From: Candidatus Magasanikbacteria bacterium GW2011_GWC2_37_14
GTDB lineage: Bacteria > Patescibacteriota > Patescibacteriia > Magasanikbacterales > UBA922
Length of the DNA: 64,000 nt
NCBI GenBank assembly: GCA_000990355.1
Contig: LBSX01000003.1
Location: 21,489-85,488, forward strand
Reading direction: 5' to 3'
Every line of letters starts with the position of its first letter. Within the stretch, counting starts at the first letter, position 1. Under the pieces are notes generated by a model. The model was not told the origin of the DNA. It ran no database searches and worked only from the letters and a program-made list of their open reading frames with translations. Positions 39,001-47,301 of the stretch are shown here, piece by piece. The translations under genes were made by a program, and so were the position numbers.

Positions 39001-41765
39001 TTTGTACCGAGTCTACTGCCAATGGCCAGTTTACTTATGACACAACACAATATCAGAATTTGGGTGGAATTGTAGAGTCTAAATGCAGTTATTTATTTAA
39101 TGAATTTGGACAAAGTAGAATAAATACTTCTGACCTTACTGGTGCCTGCGGTCCTAGTGGCGCTGTAACATCAAATTATAGCGGTGATCAATTTGGATTA
39201 AATATGTATACAACACTGTCAAAATTATTAATATATTTTGATACGGGTCTTGAAAATTTTCAAACTAGTTTTGCCTGGCTAGGTGATAAAAATAACTATG
39301 ATAGTGGTTATGTAACCAACAAAAATGTTTATACTTTTATGCAGCTTTTTGGCTGGCATGGAGTGGATAAATTTTTAACTCAAAAAGATGTAATGTCTAC
39401 TAATGGCGCAATATCTGCGCCAGACGTGGTAGTTTGGTATATAAAAGATCCAACTTGGTGGGTAGACACTTTGTTAAGATTGTCTAATACGGGTTGGGAT
39501 TTATCAAGTGATTATTTTACTACAAGAATTCCACATAGTTATAGCTATGATATAAATAAAACAATTTATTTAAATGAAGTACGAAGAATTTATTTGCCAT
39601 CTTTTGCTTTTATTGTGGACGATGGTACTCTGCATGGAGATGCTGGTGATGATATGGTTTTTACCGATGATATTTATATAGATTTTGAAAGATTAAGAAC
39701 CAATGGTTCTCTTTATGATAGATTTCAGAACCCTTGTGTTAAAGGAGGGTCATTAACCTGTATATCGGTAGATGGCCCACGAAATGCTGCTTATAGTAGA
39801 AAAGAAGTTTATGAACCTGGTGCAAGCCATTTTGTAGGCTATGAAGACGATGAAACATTTCCTTATTATACTTTTTATGGTGTAAGGGATGATGGTACAG
39901 AAGTGTATGGTATTTATTTGTTAACTCAAGAATTTTTGGATAAATATCCTGGTGCAACTAATATTTATAAAGCCATGGTCTGGAATATAGATAGAAATAA
40001 TAACGGAGATATTTGGCCAAATCAGCTGGCTGGACGTTATATTCTTACTTGGGAAAATAAAAATGGTGTTTTAACTAAGCCAGGTGAAGGTTATCCCAGT
40101 GTTGAAACCAGTCTAGCAGCAGGCAACGCTTTGTGTGAAAAGATAGTTAATGGTGTTCCAAAATGTGAAATAAACAAAGTTAGTTATCTAGGGGCTTTAA
40201 TAGAATTTATGCCTCGTTGTACAACTTTTAATTTGGTACATAAAAATCAATCTAATGATGATTATGACACCAAGAACAAAGCTTGGACCAATAGAGTTTG
40301 GATCAATGGTGCAGAAAAATATACATTTGACCGAGCAGGGAATGAATATTTTAAACGTGATGGTGCTGGGACTTCGGCTCCTTATGGCGCTACGGCTTTG
40401 TCTGAAACAGACTTTACTGATAAAACGGTTTTAAGAAAATATTGGTATCAAAATTTAGTTTTTGCTGGAGGCTTTCCTTTTGCTTGTTATGACAAGATTT
40501 TTTCTGGTGCTAATTTTGATGTTGTGCCTGTAATCGGTTTATATTTTAGTGGTAATTGGGGAGAAAAAGCGTATTGCAGTGGTTTGCTCGGGCATATTTC
40601 AGAATTAAGAACTTTTAAGCCAATTATAGAAAAGTTTTCTAGCCAAGTAAATATAAATAGTAGTCCATGGGAAAAAGGCTTTGATGGAGAAGATGCTTTG
40701 GCACGTCTTTTTGCGAAAAGTTTTGAAATAAAATTTCGTAGTCCAACTAGTACAGATGAAACAAATTTTGTTAGAGTTGTTGATGGTACTGACAATGCCG
40801 GTGATTTAGGTATTGCTAATAAATATTATAGCGATACCGAATCAGAAGTAACTCTCTTTCCACCACGCATATATTCCTTAAACCCCAACACTTGTAAAAC
40901 TGGTTTATCTAGTGTGCCGTGTACTTATGGCGAAGAAAACAATGTAACTGTGGGCAATAAAAATGGCACCAAAACAGATTATAACAAAGACGGTTCTATT
41001 GATGAAGATTTAACTGGCGACCAAATACCAGAATATAATTATGGGTTAACTAGCTTTTTGGCTTCGGTAAAGTTTTATGCTTTGGCCGACGAAAATCGCA
41101 TGCCAATCAAACGGGTGTTGGTAGAATGGGGAGACGGAAGTATAAAAGATGAGAGAGTTGGCATGTATAGAAATCATTTACCATTTTGTTCGGATGATGC
41201 CGAAACCGCTAATCGCAATTTCTGTTTTGCCAATGGTGTAAACACTCAATTAACTTGTACTACTCCCGAGGATTGCCCTGTTGAGCCTGGCACTGATTAT
41301 TATTGTCACGCTAGTGTTCCAGCAGAACCTCACTTTGGCGTAGCCAAACGCGCTTGTGAAACAAATATTTTTGAACGTGTTCATAATTATACTTGTACAG
41401 ATTTGGATGCTGGTGAAGTTTGGACTTCTACAACAGAACAACTTTCTTCAGATATTAAACAAAAATTACAGCGAATGGGTGTGGCAAATGTTCCTTTTGT
41501 TTGTATTTTTCAGCCCAAAGTTCAAGTTTTGGATAACTGGGGTTGGTGTAATGGAACATGTGGAGATTTAACTGATTATGGTGGAAATAATAATGGAATA
41601 ATAGATGGTAGTGAGTTTGAAGGTTGTTATAATAATACTGACCCAGCTTCTGGCTCTTTAGATTGCGATCCGGGAGTTTCACCTGTCACTAATGAAAAAC
41701 ATTGGACACAATATCAGGGACAAATTATTGTAGTGCCAACTAGTACTGCATCGGGGGGATATTAA
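33018..41765 (+). CDS. Giant (2915 aa) cysteine-rich exported protein
   Basis: Signal/TM N-terminus, very many Cys including xGC repeats, CBM-like segment (YELSFWAKG..EWQEY..YLDNIRL), C-terminal PKVQVLDNWGWCNG. Confidence 0.75.
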   Translation: MFILHKTKKSLLVILISIFICVQLFGVLAFAKPANAQMDSAITAAFSGKWTWEQVGNSLLAASLGALVNGMSYFMRKMAYDTAMYVSSGGKGKGALAFKQGPAKYFENVAKDAAASAIEVFGEPFGLNLCQTPDLRVQVYLQVGLRNMYGDGGGGQTGPQPRCDWNKLSNSWSGEAFESKYGPGGRKFLAETFSNSLRVEDTDFGIALGAMGKIDRIKANAEAGAATERIEGQGYKALTGLITGNVKTPAQIIKTETEAITAKNQTDLSAKQIAGIYGSGALQIIPMGASVFINTLTGQLLNKLMSAAQGLFSDDSGEESTDGGTTNFFAQYVQDTRKAAAQAFNFLYTAVPQKQLNTYDIISEFAACPDSPSLNNCVIDTQLQQAIERAKSNKPLTIKEAMSDTEKLLNKKGFLISPRREVDNTNFNCYKKGYCYSNLQKLRKARILPIGFELAALKSDPDNPWTLEQVVNGFEDCKRDENGEAIPDVGHPFCHLIDPNWIIRSPEAHCEAKVNGPILESPDTARRQTECVDISTCLAENENGTCASPFSYCLREKNIWQIGGQSCNDYYSTCDTYFDSTGKAVSYLSRTLDFGECNLDAVGCRAYSLEQGAGGVWQNSEQIIFNNKYLSRPQTIFFNKNIDNYRCANANDEGCSAFNAVGADNSRGSLTYLKKAPDYLGCYDINTSTGSAVINWPKTKVELSYLNDRSESCKNFAGVCLPDELGCESYTSGDGGVAIPGIIGSNYCRPECVGYDTYKQEATNFSSSTFPLHFIPGKGTKCLPQEAGCEEFTNIDTVTKGGEGLEYYTDLRYCERPAANNQETYYSWQGSATEGYVLRTHKLLPIDPVEAGIISGLSGFVSSTVGANVKSTFVSSSPAYVDDSVEALEKNYNLCNATSYNVLINNPYSKEAKSADCRALYNKKGDVYYRLLAETVTISEACHPLRKTESELYVDQNISVANCTAKGGKVENSQCLRCYRGGKLDSTGNACIYWTISKSGESVSCTPTAKSCRAYTGNTGNNIKEILFNGEDIVTFEPTSTDPGALTAAAAGWLGTKQVRPESIQVGQYSLGVQGEIKYEFASNVIESNSWYELSFWAKGNTQNLNIRFYGKNATGGFEEKGEFTYNPYVQVSVPATVGAEWQEYSLGPILFKGNGEKEVRLSFSSNVTNKEYYLDNIRLTKIQDHTYLIKNSWKTVEGYDVPLTCDNEPADGLPGVALGCKAYRDSQGTPISATGFEKLCRPEAVGCQEFYDTFNTPNEITTSSYNVWCNGNVQGVCKLTSSTVELGKCEVPVGQTGCLVDKIVVPEGVAFPSGITNASVVTSTIIIPADTPIGQQIYLTNRRSFKCSESALGCTKVALESRTVLGLNNSPSLYDFSETYLKNNPANYSETLCADSLVGCQEFKSGSDITYFKNPEILGSVQCNYKTLVDIAGTKYSGWFRDGVGTCINNADKFCRADKDCGTGTEAKCNTKDPVPCYENYVQAGSNYGVWSNSSDNYKGLVGMCPAAQNGCTELIDPADTSQNNPEGKPYYIIFNRDVEKRTGECEGKVSLKDGCVLFDRTDLPNKIYNVAETYKNSENLTDNKYGSVTPSTTVSALEPKLKANLILKVERDRQCSEWLQCKSYAVNYNEKGQPTNLCEEFKRCTQLNDRGECISWVPENDELYSQTLTEDFYVGRSTNWYAEDFSGYSLLNKYQIGSYVYLKMGLPNEPTFLAHTVDDRTRPEGAAGCTVALGAQPDSKDGDICGLANGGRCWQGNCVYPLEGSFTEEAVKATFASYLEQGSCKAYPEKESPFEVYQATEDFGDTGAPKQLFGVTSTISGSKFRWNYPGRKDSFGKVNICQDYKDTDGNNYKCSCGYVKVTYKNNVTDYWPATNKIESILPKGVCSGGSLDGIPCDPDYGDKNQCGDVLENPGQCSRITERTQRNGQTGFCLEYDLSRPLGKANTDFKKQTYACLTWLPVEVSASGIDTYNYYEKAGYHPGIDANASLGQVFCTESTANGQFTYDTTQYQNLGGIVESKCSYLFNEFGQSRINTSDLTGACGPSGAVTSNYSGDQFGLNMYTTLSKLLIYFDTGLENFQTSFAWLGDKNNYDSGYVTNKNVYTFMQLFGWHGVDKFLTQKDVMSTNGAISAPDVVVWYIKDPTWWVDTLLRLSNTGWDLSSDYFTTRIPHSYSYDINKTIYLNEVRRIYLPSFAFIVDDGTLHGDAGDDMVFTDDIYIDFERLRTNGSLYDRFQNPCVKGGSLTCISVDGPRNAAYSRKEVYEPGASHFVGYEDDETFPYYTFYGVRDDGTEVYGIYLLTQEFLDKYPGATNIYKAMVWNIDRNNNGDIWPNQLAGRYILTWENKNGVLTKPGEGYPSVETSLAAGNALCEKIVNGVPKCEINKVSYLGALIEFMPRCTTFNLVHKNQSNDDYDTKNKAWTNRVWINGAEKYTFDRAGNEYFKRDGAGTSAPYGATALSETDFTDKTVLRKYWYQNLVFAGGFPFACYDKIFSGANFDVVPVIGLYFSGNWGEKAYCSGLLGHISELRTFKPIIEKFSSQVNINSSPWEKGFDGEDALARLFAKSFEIKFRSPTSTDETNFVRVVDGTDNAGDLGIANKYYSDTESEVTLFPPRIYSLNPNTCKTGLSSVPCTYGEENNVTVGNKNGTKTDYNKDGSIDEDLTGDQIPEYNYGLTSFLASVKFYALADENRMPIKRVLVEWGDGSIKDERVGMYRNHLPFCSDDAETANRNFCFANGVNTQLTCTTPEDCPVEPGTDYYCHASVPAEPHFGVAKRACETNIFERVHNYTCTDLDAGEVWTSTTEQLSSDIKQKLQRMGVANVPFVCIFQPKVQVLDNWGWCNGTCGDLTDYGGNNNGIIDGSEFEGCYNNTDPASGSLDCDPGVSPVTNEKHWTQYQGQIIVVPTSTASGGY

Positions 41766-41838
41766 TTTTATAACTCATAGAACAGATAGCATGAAGCATT
41801 ATTGACAAAAGTGAAATTGTAAACTATAATCATTATAT

Positions 41839-42102
41839 ATGAACGAAGAATTATTAATACAAAAAGTGATAGGTCTAGAGGCAGATATGAAAGAAGTGAA
41901 ACAAACACTTGGAGAAATTAATGGTAAAATTTCTTTGTTTGATGATTTGTTGTCTGGTCAAGATAAGATGATTCAGCTTTTAACTAGAGTTGATCAAGAG
42001 AGTGTTTTTTTTAATAATAGAATAAGAAGACTGGAAGAAGACAGAGTACAAAAGTTGGAAACAGATATGAAAATAGTAAAACAGCATTTGCAACTTGTAT
42101 AA
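41839..42102 (+). CDS. Small coiled-coil hypothetical protein
   Basis: 87 aa; TTGACA-17-TATAAT promoter at 41802-41830. Confidence 0.65.
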   Translation: MNEELLIQKVIGLEADMKEVKQTLGEINGKISLFDDLLSGQDKMIQLLTRVDQESVFFNNRIRRLEEDRVQKLETDMKIVKQHLQLV

Positions 42103-42115
42103 CAACCACCATTAA

Positions 42116-42154
42116 GAGATCCCTCGACTTCGCTTCGCTACGCTCGGGATGACA
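42116..42154. repeat. Half copy of TGTCAT-family element
   Basis: gagatccctcgacttcgcttcgctacgctcgggatgaca is nearly identical to the right arm at 54580-54618. Confidence 0.8.
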
Positions 42155-42159
42155 GTGTA

Positions 42160-42195
42160 AAATAAAAAATTCACCTTTTGGGTGAATTTTTTATT
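42160..42195. terminator. Bidirectional terminator
   Basis: aataaaaaattcacc-tttg-ggtgaattttttatt-type hairpin between convergent genes. Confidence 0.7.
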
Positions 42196-42309
42196 TGCTT
42201 TGAATAAAATTATTTTCATTCAAAGTGTGAGTGGTGGAGAGGCCGACCATCCACACCTCCGCGTATCGAGGACGCAGAGAGAGAGGAAGGGAGAGAACGA
42301 GACCGGAGG

Positions 42310-42888
42310 TCACGGGCGCTGGAGGACGATGGGGGTGTCGCCGATGTAGGAGCCCCAGAGCTTGAGCTTGATGACTTCTTCGAGCGAGGCGAAGATCTTC
42401 GGGTTGTTGAGTGGCCCTTGGAGGACCTCCCATTCGCCCTTCTTCGCGAAGAAGTAGACACCGAAGTTCTCGGTGCTGGCGTAGCAGTAGCTGGGGTCCT
42501 TCTCGTAGTCGACGAACTGGTTGATGGTGTAGACGTTGCCGTCGTCATCCACCCAGTTGCCTTCTCGCGACGCCAGCGGCGCGCAGTCGGTCGTCGTGAC
42601 CTCGTCGGTGAGCACCTCTTCGGCGCTCGTGGCGTCCGGCGAGTCGTCCGGGGGGTTGGCGATGCAGGAGTCGCCGCTCTTGATCATGTGCCCGGGGCAC
42701 GTGAACGGGAGCTGGTTGTCCTGCGAGACGTCGTCCTCGAGAATCGAGGTGTCGCCGCCGATGGTGTCGGCGGTGTTGATGACGTCGCCGTCGTAGCTGT
42801 CGCCACCACCACAGGCGGGGACGAAGAGGGCCACCATGAGAGTGACCCAGAAGGAGAGAACCAGCGAGTTGCGGGTCGTCGTGAGCAT
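42310..42888 (-). CDS. High-GC putative lipoprotein (foreign composition)
   Basis: AGGAGG before ATG 42888; MLTTTRNSLVLSFWVTLMVALFVPA-C-GGG lipobox-like; G/C at third codon positions. Confidence 0.65.
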   Translation of the reverse strand: MLTTTRNSLVLSFWVTLMVALFVPACGGGDSYDGDVINTADTIGGDTSILEDDVSQDNQLPFTCPGHMIKSGDSCIANPPDDSPDATSAEEVLTDEVTTTDCAPLASREGNWVDDDGNVYTINQFVDYEKDPSYCYASTENFGVYFFAKKGEWEVLQGPLNNPKIFASLEEVIKLKLWGSYIGDTPIVLQRP

Positions 42889-43091
42889 GGTGCGCCTCCT
42901 AGCGCGTTGTTGTTGCCCAGAATAGGGATTTAGTAAATCCACATTCTGGGCAAGCACTAGCAAGGCATAACCATGGGCCTCTTAATTCCACCACACCCTA
43001 AACCACAAGGGTTCAGGGTAAAATTTTTAAAGAGCATTATCCATTTATAGTATAGAACATTAAAACCTTGTCTGTCAAGACAAGGGAAACG

Positions 43092-43120
43092 ATTATAGCA
43101 TATTTTAGCCTTTTTGTCAA
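43092..43120 (-). promoter_or_regulatory. Sigma70 promoter facing the high-GC gene
   Basis: Reverse strand TTGACA-17 nt-TATAAT. Confidence 0.7.
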
Positions 43121-43149
43121 GGGTATGCGGTGGATAAACTGTGCACCGT

Positions 43150-43406
43150 TGTCATGCTGAACTCGTTTCAGCATCCCTTACTTATTTAATATTGCCAGGG
43201 GATCCTGAAATAAATTCAGGATGACAGACAATGTGGATATCTATATTTTTTCTTTAAACAAACAAAAAAATGTGTTATAATGTTTGTAGTTTAGCATGTA
43301 GTGTAAATCAACTGTCATGCTGAATGTAATTGTCATGCTGAACTTGTTTCAGCATCCCGTGAGATCCTGAAATAAATTCAGGATGACAGCCAAGTTCAGG
43401 ATGACA
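43150..43406. repeat. Two TGTCAT...ATGACA elements (43150-43226; nested 43313-43406)
   Basis: tgtcatgctgaa..ttcagcatc / gatcctgaaataaattcaggatgaca; the second has a full copy (43331-43388) inside another. Confidence 0.88.
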
Positions 43407-43419
43407 TTTAAAAAAAGTC

Positions 43420-46400
43420 ATGCTCAAATTCTTTAAACAAAAAAATAAGCAGAAATATCTTTTTGTGCTAAGCGCGGCATTTTTGCTTACGCTAGTTTTG
43501 GTTTTGCCTGTCTCTGCTCAATGGGATCCTGCTGGTTTTCAAAATAGTGTCATGAGTATAATTTCGGATTTGTTTTTGGGCTTTGGTAAATTTTTTATTG
43601 GTAGTGCAATTTTCTTTTTAAAGTTTTTTATTGCCCTAGCGCAATACAACAATTATTTAGATGTACCCACAGTACAGATTGGTTGGGTAATGGTTCGCGA
43701 TGTGGCCAATATGTTTTTTGTGGTTGCTTTGCTCGTGATTGCTTTTGGCACAATTTTGGGGTTAGAACAATATCAATGGAATAAAACTTTGGTCAAACTT
43801 ATTTTGGCCGCTGTGTTTATTAATTTTAGTAATTTAATTTGTGGAATTTTTATCGACATTGCCCATGTCTTTACCATTACTTTTGTAAATGCGATTGCTG
43901 GGGCCGCGGGTGGCAATTTAATCAACATGTTTAAATTGTCCGAGATTTACAAAATGGTTACTGGTGGTGCTACACCACAACCTGGTACTAATTTATCTTT
44001 AGAAGTTTTGATTGGTTCTTTTGCGGCTTTTATTTTTTCTTTAATGGTCGCCTTAATTATGGGTTTTTATGCCCTAATTATGCTTTTCCGTGTAGTAGCT
44101 TTGTGGGTCTTAATTATTCTTTCGCCTTTGGCTTTTATTTTTCAAGTTTTACCCGAAACAGAGGCCCGAGCCAAAGAATGGTGGAAACAATTTGGTAATT
44201 ATGTGTTGGTCGCACCAGTAATGGTTTTCTTTATGTGGTTGGCTTTTGCTACTCTGGGTACTGGTGATGTAGTCACCACACTAGATTTAAAATTAAATGA
44301 ACAAACATTATCCGATGTAGTGGCTTCGCAAGCAACGAACAAAGCCGAAGGTCAGGCCGAATATTCTGGCCCCAATGCTTTGTCCCTAAATGCTGTTACT
44401 ACTTGGGAAAATCTTGCCAGCTTTTTAATCCCTATGGTTTTGCTCTATGTAGGCATACAAAAAGTTCAAGAACTTTCGGTGGCAGGTGGCAGTATGTTGG
44501 CTGGGGCACTTGATACAGTCAAGAAAGTAGCCACTGTGGCTTCGGGTTTTGCTGCCGGCCGGTGGTTGGTTGGCAAAGGTGCTGAAGGTGCCAAAGCCGT
44601 GGCCGGTGGGGTTGGTTTGGGCTTGGTAAAAGGCGCGGGCTATGTGGTTGGTGCCGAAAGAATTGGTAATTACTTTAAACGACAATTACAAGGTTTTCAT
44701 GCTTGGCGGCAAGATTCTGGTTTAAGACCTATACAAAAAGAAGTAGATGAAGAAGTAGCGAAAAAAGATGCCGATGGCAAGGTGATGACAGATGCAGATG
44801 GAAAAGTCATAATGGAAAAAACTGGACGCAAACGTATGATTTACGAACAAGAAGACTTTTTAAATACAGAAACTGGTCAAATGGAAAAGCGTTTCAAAAT
44901 GGAAAAAGTGGCTCCAAAATTTGCTCCTTTACAAAAAATATTTTTTGCTGGAGCAGCCAGAGACACTGCTTCTCGTAAAAAATTAGAAAAAACTACAAAC
45001 TTTGCCAAAAATCGTACCGAATTGTTGGACAAATTAACCAGTGGTGTGCCAACTGCTTGGATGATGGGTGGTACAGAAAAGATCGATGCCTTAGACAGAA
45101 TTGAACAAGGTATGGTTTTGGGTATGAAAGCTCGTTCTGCTGCCAAAACCGAAGAATTTCATGCTATGGGCGAGGCCATGGTTTTGCAAGCGCCACGTTA
45201 CAAAGTAGAAGGTTGGGGTAAAATGACTGGTAAAGATCCAACAATTGCCGAACAAGCAGCCAAGCATTCACAAGCCGCAGTAGTCAACAAAGCCATGGTA
45301 GAAGCCATTAAATCTGGGGCCAAAGCCAGATATATCAAAGGCGCTTTTTCTTTTGGTCCATTTGATCCGGGGAAAGCAACCGGTGTTGATGCTCAAGGCA
45401 ATGCTGTGTATGACCAAGGCCGGAATTTAATACATCAAGCCAATATTTTGGAACACCGAAAAGAAGAAAGTGAATCAATTGTTAGTAATATTAAATTATT
45501 AGATGTTGCCGAAGAATCTGTAGAAGGCAAAGAAGAGCTTGAAAAAGCATTAAAGCGTTTGAAAGCAGAAGGTAGAAGTAAATTACCAGAAATATTACAA
45601 GCAATGCATAATCCTGCTGCCAGGGCGGCTTTTGCCAAAGAGGTTGAAGAATATACCAAAGAAAAAGTTACTGGCGCAGCTCATAATAAATTGTCTGACC
45701 AAGCGGGTAGTATGCATAATTGGGCAGTAAATGGTTTTGATACACCAAGCACAGCTATCAAAAAAGTAGTCGCAGCAGCTGGTGAACCTTGGAAAGGAGA
45801 AGAAAAAGAAAAGGCTGCTTCTATGAGTACAGACGCTTTCCAACATTTATTGTCAGTAGCCATGAATGGCAAACTAGATGATGGACAACGTGGCACAACT
45901 ATGGCTTTAACCGAATTTTTGGTAAAGAATGGCTGGTTAGATGATATGTTGTCGCGGATGGTTAATAAAACTAGAGAACTAGTTGCTGGTAATATTACCA
46001 ATCCAGATGAAGCTAAAGAAGTAGAGGAAATGGCCAAGTGGATGTGTGATGAAAATGGTTGGGGTACATTACAAAGAGACAAGGATACGGGTAAAATTAC
46101 TGGGGTAGACATTGTGAATGAATCTTCCAAAGAAAGAACCAATGATTTACAAAGATTTTTTGCTTCGGGAATGGACAAAACTTCTTTTCAATCAGAAAGT
46201 GCAGTTTTATTGCATAAAAAAATTATGGAAGATAAAAGTGGTGAAGCAGTTGATATAGAAGATGCGGCCAAAGATTTAGCCGAAAGAATGAGAGGCGACA
46301 ATGGCAAGAGTATGGCAGAATATGAAACTGATTACCAGACATATGGAGTAGAAACTTTAAATTGGACACCAGAACGTATTAAACAACAATTTTCTACTTT

Positions 46401-47283
46401 TGAAGATGCTTTTGTAAAAGGTGCAAAAGATGCTCAAACTGCAGTAACTGGTTTTGTAGAAAGATTGAATGAACATGCTGAAGAACAAGAGTACTTAACA
46501 GAATTAAAACCATTGGGTATCGATACTACTCATATTGATGACACTGGTCATACTTTTCATAATCAACGTCGTGGTTATGCTCATGGTCTTTTGGCGCCCG
46601 ATGCCATGGCCAATATGGAAGGTGACATGGTAAAACAAGATGGCGCTACCAAAATGAGAAAACACAAGAGTCATGCCATTGGTTATATGGAAGAAGATAC
46701 TGGTACTTTGCACCGTTTAGAAGGTGATCGGGTGGCAACCATGTATTCGGGTGTAGACAGTAAACAAAAAAATGAGCTTCAGGATGTTCGTATTCAGCGT
46801 CATTTGTTAAAGAACGCGGCTGATGAAGAATTTATCAAGGAAAGTGGAAATTTGATTGTTGGTTCAGCTGATTCTGTTTTGGTTAAAAAGAAATTTAAAG
46901 GTGATAAAGAGGCCGCGGCTATTGATACAGCGCGTGATTGGGCCGTGTTATTAAATAATGGTGGTGAAAAAGCTTTGATGGGATTTTTGGGTACTCACTC
47001 GGGAACTGGCTACGAGGGCGGGGTAAGTGGCAAATTTAATTTAAAACTTTTTGGGGAAGATATTACCAGCGCTGATCAGTTGGTTGAGTGGATTAATAAG
47101 ACTATGGCAGAAGAAGAAAAAAAGAGAGCGGCTGGAGTTTCCAAGAGAGATAAAAGAGATCATCGTAAAATAAAACAAGTTGATTTAGCCTCGATAATTA
47201 GGGGTGTCAAAGCCGCAGCTGCTCAAGCTGTTGCCACTCCAGAAGGAAATGTGGTAGATGAAACCTTGGGTGATGGAGTATAG
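43420..47283 (+). CDS. VirB6/TrbL-like polytopic membrane protein with long soluble C-terminal tail
   Basis: GWVMVRDVANMFF, LILAAVFINFS, RVVALWVLIILSPLAF, WWKQF; upstream of PrgI and VirB4. Confidence 0.7.
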   Translation: MLKFFKQKNKQKYLFVLSAAFLLTLVLVLPVSAQWDPAGFQNSVMSIISDLFLGFGKFFIGSAIFFLKFFIALAQYNNYLDVPTVQIGWVMVRDVANMFFVVALLVIAFGTILGLEQYQWNKTLVKLILAAVFINFSNLICGIFIDIAHVFTITFVNAIAGAAGGNLINMFKLSEIYKMVTGGATPQPGTNLSLEVLIGSFAAFIFSLMVALIMGFYALIMLFRVVALWVLIILSPLAFIFQVLPETEARAKEWWKQFGNYVLVAPVMVFFMWLAFATLGTGDVVTTLDLKLNEQTLSDVVASQATNKAEGQAEYSGPNALSLNAVTTWENLASFLIPMVLLYVGIQKVQELSVAGGSMLAGALDTVKKVATVASGFAAGRWLVGKGAEGAKAVAGGVGLGLVKGAGYVVGAERIGNYFKRQLQGFHAWRQDSGLRPIQKEVDEEVAKKDADGKVMTDADGKVIMEKTGRKRMIYEQEDFLNTETGQMEKRFKMEKVAPKFAPLQKIFFAGAARDTASRKKLEKTTNFAKNRTELLDKLTSGVPTAWMMGGTEKIDALDRIEQGMVLGMKARSAAKTEEFHAMGEAMVLQAPRYKVEGWGKMTGKDPTIAEQAAKHSQAAVVNKAMVEAIKSGAKARYIKGAFSFGPFDPGKATGVDAQGNAVYDQGRNLIHQANILEHRKEESESIVSNIKLLDVAEESVEGKEELEKALKRLKAEGRSKLPEILQAMHNPAARAAFAKEVEEYTKEKVTGAAHNKLSDQAGSMHNWAVNGFDTPSTAIKKVVAAAGEPWKGEEKEKAASMSTDAFQHLLSVAMNGKLDDGQRGTTMALTEFLVKNGWLDDMLSRMVNKTRELVAGNITNPDEAKEVEEMAKWMCDENGWGTLQRDKDTGKITGVDIVNESSKERTNDLQRFFASGMDKTSFQSESAVLLHKKIMEDKSGEAVDIEDAAKDLAERMRGDNGKSMAEYETDYQTYGVETLNWTPERIKQQFSTFEDAFVKGAKDAQTAVTGFVERLNEHAEEQEYLTELKPLGIDTTHIDDTGHTFHNQRRGYAHGLLAPDAMANMEGDMVKQDGATKMRKHKSHAIGYMEEDTGTLHRLEGDRVATMYSGVDSKQKNELQDVRIQRHLLKNAADEEFIKESGNLIVGSADSVLVKKKFKGDKEAAAIDTARDWAVLLNNGGEKALMGFLGTHSGTGYEGGVSGKFNLKLFGEDITSADQLVEWINKTMAEEEKKRAAGVSKRDKRDHRKIKQVDLASIIRGVKAAAAQAVATPEGNVVDETLGDGV

Positions 47284-47301
47284 TTTTGTAAATACTAGCT
47301 T

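Noticed and set aside
42191-42933. Overlapping ORFs 42418-42933(+), 42216-42548(-), 42536-42796(+), 42191-42433(-)
   Set aside because: Shadow frames of the high-GC gene; only 42310-42888(-) has an SD, a promoter and a signal peptide.
43150-43406. Clustered palindromic repeats as a CRISPR array
   Set aside because: Repeats are inverted or nested, have no regular unique spacers, are dispersed across the window, and no cas genes are present.
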